Shown one piece after another: positions 48,045 to 57,448 of a stretch of DNA of 64,000 bases (position 1 is its first letter; each line of letters opens with the position of its first letter). The DNA is from an uncultured Candidatus Saccharibacteria bacterium (GTDB lineage: Bacteria; Patescibacteriota; Minisyncoccia; Phycocordibacterales; UBA9973). The notes under the pieces are model-generated. The model did not search any database. It was not told the origin of the DNA and saw only the letters and a list, made by a program, of their open reading frames with translations. The position numbers and the translations under genes were made by a program. The stretch covers positions 3,237 through 67,236 of the forward strand of contig CAZLWF010000003.1 in the NCBI GenBank assembly GCA_964563615.1, in the 5' to 3' direction.

Positions 48045-48395
48045 TTATATGTGCTTCATGCACGTACGAGCAGCAGGGTTGGCCTCGAGTCGTTCTTCTT
48101 CGATTTTCTCCCCGCCTATTTCGCATGTTCCATATGCATTGTCTTTGATTTTCTGAAGTGCATCTTGAATATCTTTGAGTCGGCTCGTGAGAGTTCTAAC
48201 AAGTCCAGTTTTCTCTTCATAATCTTCTGCGCGATCTGCACGATCATTTTCATCAGCTTCAGCCATGCCTTCGAGTGGTCTCGCGTCCCAAAGTCCGGTT
48301 TCAGGGTTAAGTAATGCGCCTTCTGATTCAAGTTGTGACAAAAGCATTTTCTGCTCTTCTTCAAGTTTTTGTTTGTATTGGTCTGTTGATTTCAT
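48045..48395 (-). CDS. DksA/TraR-family C4-type zinc finger protein
   Basis: 116 aa. Coiled-coil N-terminal part, then C-terminal CEIGGEKIEEERLEANPAARTCMKH. Confidence 0.75.
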   Translation of the reverse strand: MKSTDQYKQKLEEEQKMLLSQLESEGALLNPETGLWDARPLEGMAEADENDRADRAEDYEEKTGLVRTLTSRLKDIQDALQKIKDNAYGTCEIGGEKIEEERLEANPAARTCMKHI

Positions 48396-48433
48396 GTGCT
48401 TATGATAGCAGTCAGGCCAGTCATGTGCAAATG

Positions 48434-49351
48434 TTACAGTGGCGTTTGCAATCGTACGAGTATTTCTTTGACTGTATCAATCGTAGTGGTGATGAGAATA
48501 GTTTCTGTATCCAAAAATACGTATACCATCACAATATTCCCTGCACCGTCTCGTAATACGCGACCATCGCGATTCTCAACAATAATATCCTCAAATTTTT
48601 TCTGAAAGAGTGCTGCATTATCACCTTCGATAGACAGACCAAAGAGTTCATACATATTATCAAAGAGTTTGCGCTCCCAGATGAGCATGCCTGAGAAGGC
48701 TGTGTCGTAGGAATTTGTTTTAAATATGAGAAACGGTGCATTGGCTATCTCCATATGCGTTCCGAACATGTACTCTTCATCAAATGATCGTATAAGTGTT
48801 GGGTTGGCATCACTTTCGAGCTTTTTCAAAAATTCTTCTGTCGTAAGCATTCGCGCACCCGGATAGGTTGGTGCAGTTAAAAGCATTGCAGTAATCTTCC
48901 CTGCATCTTGCGGTAGTGTCAATTTCTCTCGTATAGCATCTATAAGCTGTTTTTTCGTCAGGAGACTACCAGTATCGACGCTTTGATGTGCGTCTGCAAA
49001 GATGAGTGTCTCTATGGTCGGTTTTTTCTCGACGACGATTGGGTCACTATTGTGAAAGAAATACAAATATCCAAAGATACCACCTGCGATAACGAGGCAG
49101 GCAATCGAACCAACGAGGAATGCAATATTTTTCTTTGCAACTGGAGAAATAAGTTTGGCAGTATCTTCTTTTTTCTTTTGTTCGGCGATGGCGATCTTGA
49201 TCACTGAGCCTTGCTGTTCACGAAGTGCCTCAGCCATGTCGGACTGGTAGGTTCGAAGTGGTTCAATATTTTTTGCAAACAGAGGTTTTACTTCTGGTGT
49301 CGCAGGTTTAGGCTCTTCTGGTATTTTTTGATCTGGAGATAATGGATCCAT
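48434..49351 (-). CDS. hypothetical single-pass membrane protein (305 aa)
   Basis: Central TM IAFLVGSIACLVIAGGIFGYLYFF. No recognised domain. Confidence 0.7.
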   Translation of the reverse strand: MDPLSPDQKIPEEPKPATPEVKPLFAKNIEPLRTYQSDMAEALREQQGSVIKIAIAEQKKKEDTAKLISPVAKKNIAFLVGSIACLVIAGGIFGYLYFFHNSDPIVVEKKPTIETLIFADAHQSVDTGSLLTKKQLIDAIREKLTLPQDAGKITAMLLTAPTYPGARMLTTEEFLKKLESDANPTLIRSFDEEYMFGTHMEIANAPFLIFKTNSYDTAFSGMLIWERKLFDNMYELFGLSIEGDNAALFQKKFEDIIVENRDGRVLRDGAGNIVMVYVFLDTETILITTTIDTVKEILVRLQTPL

Positions 49352-49355
49352 AGCT

Positions 49356-50261
49356 CTATAGTAGCGTATTAGTTGTTTCTTTTCGAGCGTCTTGAGATTT
49401 ACTTTTCTTTATAAAAAAATATTTTCTGAATATTCGTTTAATTTTGTCAGCTTTATGCTTATTGTGGCTTATGGTCAATTTGTTCTTTCCTCGAGTTTTA
49501 ATGATTTCTTTTAATGCTACTTCCACAGCAGGACTCCATTCAGAAGTGGTTTTATAAAATTCATCAATTGCATGTTGAGTTTTCTGATCAAGCCAAGCCT
49601 CAATAAGGAAATCACCAAAAATATTCACATAGTAGTTATTTCTAGGAAACAACTTCTCTTCTGTCATGTAGTAAAAGCTTTTCTTATTATCAAATTCTTT
49701 ACTTGTGTACTTATCAAGTGGTGTTTTTCCTCCCACAATCATATATATATCTTTCCCTCGATCGAGTACTTCATCGAAAAGTACTCTCTCACTCGCATGT
49801 CGTGCGAGGAAGAACCATTCGTGTGGGTCGTACATATAGAGAGGCTCGTGTTCCGTTGTTGCGTTGTTGAGAATTCCAAATGCGTGTCCCCAAAACTGAT
49901 CCGTGAGATCTGAGTTTTTAAATGTGTAGGAAATTTTGTCACCATCTGCAAGTTTCAAGAAGTCTTCACTTGGTGTACTTGTCGACGTGTACATACTCTC
50001 TGCTATGCGAAAATATTCTGCCATTTTATTAATCCAAATATGTGAAAGCGATACGCGCTTAGCGTAGACAATGACCACTTCATCCTTTTTTAACTTACGG
50101 AGTGCTTGGTAGAAACCTTGCTTCGTAGTAGATGGGCGGACTTTGCGAATTTTCTCTTGAAGTTCAATAGTTCCGAATGATCCTTTTTGGAGAGCGTTAA
50201 GGATATGTTCCTCAAGTGTTTTTGGCTCATAAATCATCATATAAGTATAGCAAATAGTCAA
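49356..50261 (-). CDS. wHTH-like hypothetical protein, paralogue 1
   Basis: 301 aa. TTKQGFYQALRKLKKDEVVIVYAKRVSLSHIWI, YTF, HEWF. Clearly homologous to 52471..53334. Confidence 0.7.
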   Translation of the reverse strand: MTICYTYMMIYEPKTLEEHILNALQKGSFGTIELQEKIRKVRPSTTKQGFYQALRKLKKDEVVIVYAKRVSLSHIWINKMAEYFRIAESMYTSTSTPSEDFLKLADGDKISYTFKNSDLTDQFWGHAFGILNNATTEHEPLYMYDPHEWFFLARHASERVLFDEVLDRGKDIYMIVGGKTPLDKYTSKEFDNKKSFYYMTEEKLFPRNNYYVNIFGDFLIEAWLDQKTQHAIDEFYKTTSEWSPAVEVALKEIIKTRGKNKLTISHNKHKADKIKRIFRKYFFIKKSKSQDARKETTNTLL

Positions 50262-50410
50262 ATAAAAGTAAACATATTGATTACTTTAATACCGTAATAA
50301 GCTTATTTATAGACATATATTTATATTTATGTCATAGTATGCACAGATCTGATTTGATTGGTGAAATGGGGCGATTCTAGAGTCCCCTCTCACCAATTAA
50401 ATCTAAACAA

Positions 50411-51211
50411 ATGAAAAAACTAATTATTATCTCGGGAATAACAGGCGCAATTGGAAATGCCCTATTGCCAGCACTTGTGAAAGACTACGTAATTTACGGA
50501 ATAAGTCGTAAGGGCTTACCAATGTCAAAGTTCATTAATGAAAAAACCCAAAAATTCTTCGATGCAACATTTATCTGTTCAATCGATGGTCTGGATGCAT
50601 CTGCGGTTGAGAAATTTACCTCTTCGATTGACTACCACTTATTTTCTAAGGTTATATACATCCATGCAGTAGGCCTGTATCCATTTGAAGTAAATGAACA
50701 TGGTGAACATGTCGTAGAGAATGATATTGACGGTGATGGCATTAATGATGATGTTATGAATTTAACTCATAACTATCTCACCGAAATGATCAGTTCAATA
50801 GGATGGAAGTGTTTAACAAACAATATAAAACCATTTAGTGCAGTTACCTTTGGTGGTATTGCTGATGTACACCAGCCGATTGTTCATGAGTCATGGTGGA
50901 AAACTATGCAAAAAACCAAAATATTTTTGAAGCAAATTGGACAGGGGTCAGCCACTATGCATATTTTGAATCTAAGTTCAGTTATCTGTGCTCATGAGGT
51001 AATGACGCGACCATTTGTATTTATTAACACAAATGCTGAGCCGCAATATTGGCTAACACCTGAAGAGGTCGCACAAAAGGTAAAGAATCTTATTGCTGAT
51101 GATAGACCAGGATTTTTTGAAGAGGACCTTTTCCACTGGAGTCCATATTACAAAGATGGATATTATTCAAACGAAAAATTTACTCCAAGAAAAGTTAAGG
51201 AATTATTTTAA
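50411..51211 (+). CDS. NAD(P)-binding Rossmann-fold (SDR-like) protein
   Basis: 266 aa. N-terminal KLIIISGITGAIGNAL glycine-rich dinucleotide-binding motif. I did not see a classical YxxxK. Confidence 0.65.
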   Translation: MKKLIIISGITGAIGNALLPALVKDYVIYGISRKGLPMSKFINEKTQKFFDATFICSIDGLDASAVEKFTSSIDYHLFSKVIYIHAVGLYPFEVNEHGEHVVENDIDGDGINDDVMNLTHNYLTEMISSIGWKCLTNNIKPFSAVTFGGIADVHQPIVHESWWKTMQKTKIFLKQIGQGSATMHILNLSSVICAHEVMTRPFVFINTNAEPQYWLTPEEVAQKVKNLIADDRPGFFEEDLFHWSPYYKDGYYSNEKFTPRKVKELF

Positions 51212-51214
51212 CGA

Positions 51215-51254
51215 AATGGGATTCTCGTAAATAAAATTTTACGAGAATCCCATT
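51215..51254 (+). terminator. 17-bp perfect stem-loop terminator
   Basis: aatgggattctcgtaaa taaaat tttacgagaatcccatt, immediately after the 50411..51211 stop. Confidence 0.75.
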
Positions 51255-51310
51255 ATTATTCAGCTCATGAAATTTCGTGAGTTGATACTGAAATAAACGA
51301 CGAAACTAAT

Positions 51311-51697
51311 ATGGAAAACTCAAACTGGAGAAATTTAGCTCCCAAACTCTGTCGACAACGTATCATCATTGAAGCCATTACAGATCACTGCGTCACGCCC
51401 GATGAATTCAAAGATTATTTGTTTAAGTTGTCTCAAATTGTTGGGATGCGATTACTCGAGCATGGAAGCGATCCCAATCCTTCTGCATATGATGCAGAGA
51501 ATATGGGTTACGGTGGTTGGATTCACTGGGTGACTTCTGGTGCACACATGTATTCGTATCCTGAAGAGGTAACGAGTGGTGCAGGGCATTTGCTCAGTGT
51601 TGATGCGTATACATGCAAACCATTCTCCGTCGAGAAAGCTGTCGAATTCACTCGAGACTATTTCAAACCAAAAGACATAGTCTGGCGACAATTGTAA
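51311..51697 (+). CDS. S-adenosylmethionine decarboxylase-related protein (SpeH-like fold, divergent processing site)
   Basis: 128 aa. WVTSGAHMYSYPE...SVDAYTCKPF aligns by eye with Bacillus SpeH IISESHLTIHSFPE...SIDVYTCG. Confidence 0.55.
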   Translation: MENSNWRNLAPKLCRQRIIIEAITDHCVTPDEFKDYLFKLSQIVGMRLLEHGSDPNPSAYDAENMGYGGWIHWVTSGAHMYSYPEEVTSGAGHLLSVDAYTCKPFSVEKAVEFTRDYFKPKDIVWRQL

Positions 51698-51861
51698 ATA
51701 CTCTTTATTTTCAAAACGTACTTTATAGAGATAAGGTGCGTATTTTTATTGGCTAGTAAATTTAAAGTTTACTAATGTATAATAACAAACAATAAATTAT
51801 ATATCTGTCAATATTCTTGCTATATTTATCACAGAAATAAGTTCACTAAAATTGAAAAAAA

Positions 51862-52431
51862 ATGAAAGAAAAAAATTCTGTAATAGCACGCATTGCTTTC
51901 TTGTTAGCTTTGGCTACTATTCTGACCTCTGTATCTTCTTGTGGTTTCCACCTAGTGAAATTTGAGTCACAACGCGCTTTCATTATGAAAACTGGGAAAA
52001 TAGTTTCAGTTCGTAGTGTTCCTACTGATAAGGAAATCGGGGATACAATAATTATATTCCACACTAGTGACCAATCAGATACAACATATGTTTGGATAGA
52101 AGATGACTTTGCTCCAACATATGAGCAGGAGGGAATAAAAAATCAAAGCGGTGAGTGTCGATACAGAGCTGTTATTCTTAACCCAGATTTTCAGTCGATT
52201 GTCCCAACGAATACTTTTACCGTTGATGCGTTCGCAAGTTCTTATAATCCAAACACAAATTCTTTTGAAGTTAGTTTTGATATTAATGGTAGAAACACGA
52301 CCGCAAAAGCTGAAATATTTGTAAAGCAAGGTGAAGATTATAGAATAACCAGTTATAAGATTTTTGATAGTTTATTAGTGGTAACCCAGTATGCAGACAT
52401 CTATAGATTTATTTCATTTAAAGAACGTTAG
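51862..52431 (+). CDS. hypothetical lipoprotein
   Basis: 189 aa. Lipobox-like LTSVSSC after a hydrophobic N-terminus. Confidence 0.65.
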   Translation: MKEKNSVIARIAFLLALATILTSVSSCGFHLVKFESQRAFIMKTGKIVSVRSVPTDKEIGDTIIIFHTSDQSDTTYVWIEDDFAPTYEQEGIKNQSGECRYRAVILNPDFQSIVPTNTFTVDAFASSYNPNTNSFEVSFDINGRNTTAKAEIFVKQGEDYRITSYKIFDSLLVVTQYADIYRFISFKER

Positions 52432-52470
52432 AGTTCCAAGTTCCAAAAACCAGGCAAAATGTCTGGTTTT

Positions 52471-53334
52471 TTATATTTTGCCTTGCAGATTTTTAGCAAT
52501 GACAAAATTTTTTGCAAAGCGTTTTTTGAGTATGTGAGCTTTTAATTTATTGTGATCGACAAGTATCTTTGACTTCCTGTGCTTGGATAATATTGCTCGT
52601 AGCCTCATATCAGCTTCCTCGTTGTATACTTTTAGCGCTCTAAATAATACGTCGATTTCACTTGAAATTTTTTCATCATAGCGAGTCGTAATGACATAGT
52701 CCCCCATCACGACAATATTATCTGTGAGGGGGAAAATGAAACTCTCATCGATTGCAACTTGGACAGTATCGGTCTGATATTTTTTCTTAAAGGAAATTGC
52801 CATTGGTGTCTGCACGCCAAGTGTTGTGAAGAGTTGATGTTTTTTCTTTTTGATTAAATCAAATAAGTTATTTTCAGCTTCTGGTCTGTCATACATAAAC
52901 CACTCATGATGGTTATAGAAAAATATCGGTTCACCTCTTAGTTCTTCTGCCAGCAGTAGAAAAAGATGTGCCCAATAAATATCAAGTTCGGCAGTTGATG
53001 TGAACGTATATGACTGGATACGTCCTTCTCGCTTGGAAAGTCTTTTAACAATGCCGTATGCACTCTCCGCTTCTTCAACAAATTTAGCAATTTTTGCAAT
53101 CCAAACAATATTTAACGATACACGTCGCCCATGCTTTATTATCTGTTCTTCTTTAATAAGCTCACGAAGTGCTTTGTAATAGGCTTGCTTCGTTGCATCA
53201 AATGGTCTTACAACCAAATCCATTAGTTCAAGACTATCCTTTTCACCATTAACTAGTTCAAGTATGATTACCTCTTTCAACCCCATAGCACTTCCCGGGA
53301 AAATATTATTGGTAAACTTTTTATTTACTTTCAT
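52471..53334 (-). CDS. wHTH-like hypothetical protein, paralogue 2
   Basis: 287 aa. ATKQAYYKALRELIKEEQIIKHGRRVSLNIVWI, YTF, HHEWF. Homologous to 49356..50261. Confidence 0.7.
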   Translation of the reverse strand: MKVNKKFTNNIFPGSAMGLKEVIILELVNGEKDSLELMDLVVRPFDATKQAYYKALRELIKEEQIIKHGRRVSLNIVWIAKIAKFVEEAESAYGIVKRLSKREGRIQSYTFTSTAELDIYWAHLFLLLAEELRGEPIFFYNHHEWFMYDRPEAENNLFDLIKKKKHQLFTTLGVQTPMAISFKKKYQTDTVQVAIDESFIFPLTDNIVVMGDYVITTRYDEKISSEIDVLFRALKVYNEEADMRLRAILSKHRKSKILVDHNKLKAHILKKRFAKNFVIAKNLQGKI

Positions 53335-53383
53335 ATTTTAATTATTTCATTTTTAAAATTTTTGTCCAACTTTTATACAAAAG

Positions 53384-53412
53384 AAAAACCGACTCCTACG
53401 AGTTGGTTTTTC
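53384..53412 (-). terminator. intrinsic terminator of pnp
   Basis: aaccgactc ctac gagttggtt. On the minus strand it is followed by tttttctttt. Confidence 0.75.
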
Positions 53413-53425
53413 TTTTTGAAATTTA

Positions 53426-55624
53426 TTATTGCGCAGATGGTGGAGTTGGTTTCGGAGGTAGTGGTGCAGTAGGCGGATATGGATTTTTGATGAAGTCTTT
53501 GTCGGCTTCACGAATCGAAAGTGATATACGATTGCGCTCTTTGTCGACACCGACGACTTTGACTGGCACGCGCATGCCTTCTTTCAAAACATCAGTGACG
53601 CGATTCACACGGAAGTTACCGATCTCTGAAATGTGTACGAGACCTTCGGCTTGCATGCCGATTTTGACAATCGCACCGACTTCGATTATTTTTACCACTT
53701 CCCCTTCATATCGTTCGCCCGGTACAAATTCGTGTGTCATTTCTTCGATTATTTTTTTAGCTTTTTCTGCGGCGCCTTCTTTGCCGGTGACATACACGGT
53801 CCCATCATCTTCGATCGTAATCTCTGCACCAGTGTCTTCACGAATAGCGTTGACTGTCTTGCCGCCTGAACCGATGACCATGCCGATCTGGTCAGGTCTA
53901 ATTTTGATGACAAGAATCTTCGGTGCTTTTGGAGAAATATCTGCGCGTGGTTTCGGTAATGTCGTTTCCATGACATCGAGAATTTCGAGACGCGCTTTTT
54001 TTGCTTGGACGAGTGACTCTTTCAATATTTCTGGTGGTATACCATCAACTTTGATATCGAGTTGGAGTGCAGTGACACCAACACGAGTACCTGCAACTTT
54101 GAAATCCATATCACCGTAGTGATCTTCAGGGCCTTGGATATCAGTTAGGATTTTATAATTTTTGTGTGATGTCGTGTCGAGCATGAGTCCCATCGCGATA
54201 CCTGCGACAGGTCGACTAATCGGCACACCGCCATCCATGAGTGCGATCGATGCAGCGCAGATCGATGCTTGTGATGTTGAGCCATTCGACGCCATTGATT
54301 CTGAGACGACACGGATTGTGTATGGGAAGTCGAGCTTGTTTGGCATGACTGGCCAGAGTGCTTTCTCTGCGAGGAAGCCATGTCCCATTTCACGGCGATT
54401 GATGCCACCGAGTCGTCCAGTCTCGCCAGCTGAGTACGGTGGGAAGTTGTAATGGTGCATGAAACGTTTCTCACCTCTGACTTCCATGCCTTCTTGCATG
54501 TACGTATCAGCAGGCCCACCAAGTGTTAACACTGAGAGTACATGTGTTTCGCCGCGATAGAAAATACCTGAACCATGGAGTGATATTGAGAGTCCACCTG
54601 CGATCGCTTCGAGTGATCGAACTTGATCCATTGTGCGCAAGTCCGCACGCTTGTTCTCCTCGAGTGCACCTTTGTGGAGAAATGCATCAACTTCATTACT
54701 GAAGTAATCTTTTGCAGTTGCGAGGAGTTCTTTATTTTTCTCATCAGCGCCATACTTTTCTGCGACGAGTTCGTTCCATTTGTCTTCGAGTCCATGAATC
54801 ATTTTCTTGCTCTCAGTGCCAAAGAGATCTGTCATCATGCTTTTCTCGATATGAGTATGAAACAAGTCTTTGATGTCATCTGTTACGGTCGGGACAGTGA
54901 AGATTTTTTTTGTTTTGCCGATATCGCTCACGATTTGCTTCTGGAATGTCTCTAGGATCGTGATATGTTTCACAGCTAGATCAAATGCATCACCTAATTC
55001 ATTTTCAGGAATTTCAAATGCAAGTGCTTCGATCATATTGATATGCCCTTCCCGTCCGCAGACAGTGAGGTCAAGATCATATTGTGGTTCGCCACCGGGA
55101 GTAGCATAAAGATTGATGCCAGTCTCTGGTGTACCTTTGAGCCGACCAACATGCACAGCACCGACGGGACCATTCCACGGTATGTCAGAAACCGCGATCG
55201 CAAGTGATGCAGCATTGATGCCCAAGATCGTCGGATCACAGTCACCGAGTGCAATGACCGTGACGACGACTTGCACAGCATTTTTAATATGGTGCTCGAA
55301 AAGCGGTCTGATCGTTCGGTCGATGACACGTGATGCGAGAACCGCCTTATCTGAGGGCCTACCCTCTCGACGGTTGTACTGGCTACCCAATATAGAGCCA
55401 GATGCATAAAACTTTTCTAAGTATTCAACCGTGAGGTTAAAAAATCCTGGGTTGTTATTGCCGTCTTTTGACATGACAGCAGTAGCTAGAATGACCGTGT
55501 TGTCACATTTAAGCATGACTGAACCATGTGCCTGATCAGCTAGATCAGAGAACACTGCGGTTATCGTTCGCCCAGCGAGCTCAAGTGTATATTCTTTTAT
55601 TTTCATAGTATTTTTTGAGATCAA
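53426..55624 (-). CDS. pnp: polyribonucleotide nucleotidyltransferase (PNPase)
   Basis: 732 aa. Two RNase PH-like domains, KH (PDQIGMVIGSGGKTVNAIRE) and S1 (GERYEGEVVKIIEVGAIVKI). Pro-rich C-terminal tail. Confidence 0.95.
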   Translation of the reverse strand: MISKNTMKIKEYTLELAGRTITAVFSDLADQAHGSVMLKCDNTVILATAVMSKDGNNNPGFFNLTVEYLEKFYASGSILGSQYNRREGRPSDKAVLASRVIDRTIRPLFEHHIKNAVQVVVTVIALGDCDPTILGINAASLAIAVSDIPWNGPVGAVHVGRLKGTPETGINLYATPGGEPQYDLDLTVCGREGHINMIEALAFEIPENELGDAFDLAVKHITILETFQKQIVSDIGKTKKIFTVPTVTDDIKDLFHTHIEKSMMTDLFGTESKKMIHGLEDKWNELVAEKYGADEKNKELLATAKDYFSNEVDAFLHKGALEENKRADLRTMDQVRSLEAIAGGLSISLHGSGIFYRGETHVLSVLTLGGPADTYMQEGMEVRGEKRFMHHYNFPPYSAGETGRLGGINRREMGHGFLAEKALWPVMPNKLDFPYTIRVVSESMASNGSTSQASICAASIALMDGGVPISRPVAGIAMGLMLDTTSHKNYKILTDIQGPEDHYGDMDFKVAGTRVGVTALQLDIKVDGIPPEILKESLVQAKKARLEILDVMETTLPKPRADISPKAPKILVIKIRPDQIGMVIGSGGKTVNAIREDTGAEITIEDDGTVYVTGKEGAAEKAKKIIEEMTHEFVPGERYEGEVVKIIEVGAIVKIGMQAEGLVHISEIGNFRVNRVTDVLKEGMRVPVKVVGVDKERNRISLSIREADKDFIKNPYPPTAPLPPKPTPPSAQ

Positions 55625-55756
55625 AAAACTTTAGTATTGTTCTTCATTGAACACTACTACCTGTCTTTTGACCTCGATTATTGCTAATAATTTTAGCCTA
55701 GCAGAAAATGAATGATTCTGGAAGGTTATTTGACTATATAAAGGAATTAATGTACT

Positions 55757-56584
55757 GTGGCCAAAAAGATACTTATGAATTTTGAAAAAAGAATAGAAAG
55801 AATCTTTAAGCTCGCCGAACTTGAACTTCCGGCTTTCCTTGAAGCACACAGAGATGAATTAGGAGATAAGATTGGTATTCATATCGATATTGAACCCATA
55901 CATACACCTCCAGGGTTTATGGCGAAGGATAAAATGATTGGACTCATACCTTATGGTAAGCGAGCTGAGAAACAGGGATTTGCCCGAGAGAAAAATTTCC
56001 GACAAAAAAGTCGGATGAAAAAATATCCGAATGAATGTTGCAGTTTTGAAAGCGAGCGTGTTGTCGGGAAAAAATTTGGTGGCGGCATCAAAGCACGAGA
56101 CTTTTTTGCATCAGGCAGCAACTTCCCTCCGCATCTGGATCAGAAATTTCTGACCCATGTCTTTTCTTTGGCTGATGAAATAGATTATCATCAGTGTCAA
56201 AAGATTATGGATGCGTCTTTTCTCAAAAGATTAAAATGGGAAAAAGATGTTATGTTCTACGGACTAGGAATTAATCGTCCTGGCTACGATGGCACTGAAA
56301 ATTTTGTCTGGGGTATTTGCACAGTGAAAAAAGGATCCAAACGGATGGAAGAAGATATTGAGAAAATCTCTGGCGAGAAACCTGCTGGATATGAATTCTT
56401 TAAAAAGATTGAGCCTTTACTTCCAACAGATTGGGAGAAAAGAATTTATTATCCTGGTCAAGGACCAGAGCATACTATTTTTATGATGAAACTTTTAGAG
56501 TTTTCAAATATAAATAAACCCAGATTAAAAGAAATATTGCAAAAACAATTTCCTCTTGCAAATAAAATATTGGAAATATGGTAA
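55757..56584 (+). CDS. hypothetical protein (275 aa)
   Basis: Long ORF with a clean bidirectional terminator downstream. No recognised motif. Confidence 0.65.
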   Translation: MAKKILMNFEKRIERIFKLAELELPAFLEAHRDELGDKIGIHIDIEPIHTPPGFMAKDKMIGLIPYGKRAEKQGFAREKNFRQKSRMKKYPNECCSFESERVVGKKFGGGIKARDFFASGSNFPPHLDQKFLTHVFSLADEIDYHQCQKIMDASFLKRLKWEKDVMFYGLGINRPGYDGTENFVWGICTVKKGSKRMEEDIEKISGEKPAGYEFFKKIEPLLPTDWEKRIYYPGQGPEHTIFMMKLLEFSNINKPRLKEILQKQFPLANKILEIW

Positions 56585-56587
56585 ACA

Positions 56588-56620
56588 AAAATTCCCCGAA
56601 CTAATTAGTTCAGGGAATTT
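56588..56620. terminator. bidirectional terminator (aaattccccgaac / gttcagggaattt)
   Basis: Imperfect 13-bp stem with A- and T-runs, between convergent genes. Confidence 0.7.
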
Positions 56621-56625
56621 TTTTG

Positions 56626-57144
56626 TTATCGTCGACCTTGGCCGAGTAAATATTTTCTTGGATTTTCTGATAGGTCCATGAAGTCATCGGCGACTTCTTT
56701 GAGTTTCATTGATGATGATTTGCCGAATGATACGACTTCGACTTGGATACCTGAATGGATCTGCAAGTACTCGACGAGCGGGATGAAGTCTCCATCACCT
56801 GCGACGAGTATGATTGCATCGAGTTTCGGAGCCATGGTGATTGCATCAACAGCGAGTCCCACATCCCAGTCGCCTTTCTTAGCACCACCCATAAATATTT
56901 GGAGGTCTTTGGTTTTGGTTTCGATGCCCATTTTCGTCAAGGCTTCGAAAAATGCTTTCTCATCACCAGCTTCAGTGTTGATGACGTAGGCGATCGCTCG
57001 TACGAGCTGACGACCTGCGACAGCGTCTTTGACGATGGCGCCGAAGTTCACTCTCGCTTTGTATAAATTGCGCGCGCTGTGATAGAGATTTTGTGTATCG
57101 ATAAATACGGCGACGCGTTGTTCTTTGTGTTTAATAATGCTCAT
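56626..57144 (-). CDS. NYN-domain (LabA-like) putative ribonuclease
   Basis: 172 aa. VAVFIDTQNLYHSARNLY ... ILVAGDGDFIPLVEYLQ, the hallmark acidic motifs of NYN/LabA proteins. Confidence 0.8.
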   Translation of the reverse strand: MSIIKHKEQRVAVFIDTQNLYHSARNLYKARVNFGAIVKDAVAGRQLVRAIAYVINTEAGDEKAFFEALTKMGIETKTKDLQIFMGGAKKGDWDVGLAVDAITMAPKLDAIILVAGDGDFIPLVEYLQIHSGIQVEVVSFGKSSSMKLKEVADDFMDLSENPRKYLLGQGRR

Positions 57145-57185
57145 ATAAAAATGTATTACTTAGTATTAAAATTATAGCTAGTGAA

Positions 57186-57258
57186 ATAGTATTTTTTTTC
57201 GAAATGAGGACGAGCGTGTCTTATCTTGTCAGCGCCCTGCAGTGAGAAAAAATACTAT
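57186..57258 (-). repeat. intergenic bulged-hairpin repeat, copy E
   Basis: Outer stem atagtatttttt / aaaaaatactat enclosing GAAATGAGGAC-[GAGCGTGTC ttatc TTGTCAGCGC]-CCTGCAGTGAG. Same subfamily as copy A. Confidence 0.65.
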
Positions 57259-57274
57259 GAACTGGCTGCTTCTC

Positions 57275-57358
57275 CATGAGAAAGAATTTTCTTACTGCGG
57301 AACTCACCTTGTTGTACCAAGGTTCAGACAGTCCTCGTTGCGGAAATTCTTTCTCATG
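57275..57358 (+). repeat. intergenic bulged-hairpin repeat, copy F
   Basis: 15-bp perfect outer stem catgagaaagaattt / aaattctttctcatg enclosing CTGCGGAACTC-[ACCTTG ttgtac CAAGGT]-TCAGACAGTCCTCGTTGC. The apical hairpin differs from C/D but remains complementary. Confidence 0.75.
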
Positions 57359-57430
57359 AAGAATATAACTACTGAAACTATAAATTGATTATAACACCCA
57401 CACGAATGATTGTTCAGTTAGTAACAGAAA

Positions 57431-57448
57431 ACCGGCGAGATGCCGGAT
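57431..57448 (-). terminator. intrinsic terminator of rpsO
   Basis: Minus strand reads ccggc atctc gccgg ttttctg, directly after the rpsO stop. Confidence 0.7.

Noticed and set aside
53403-54119. 238-aa plus-strand ORF, and several other 60-200 aa ORFs antisense to long genes (e.g. 31330..31920, 35809..36351, 41684..42124, 58024..58446)
   Set aside because: They lie entirely inside strong, motif-bearing genes on the opposite strand (pnp, VirB6-like, xerC-like and others). Their composition is low-complexity Ser/Pro/Ile-rich, typical of shadow ORFs.
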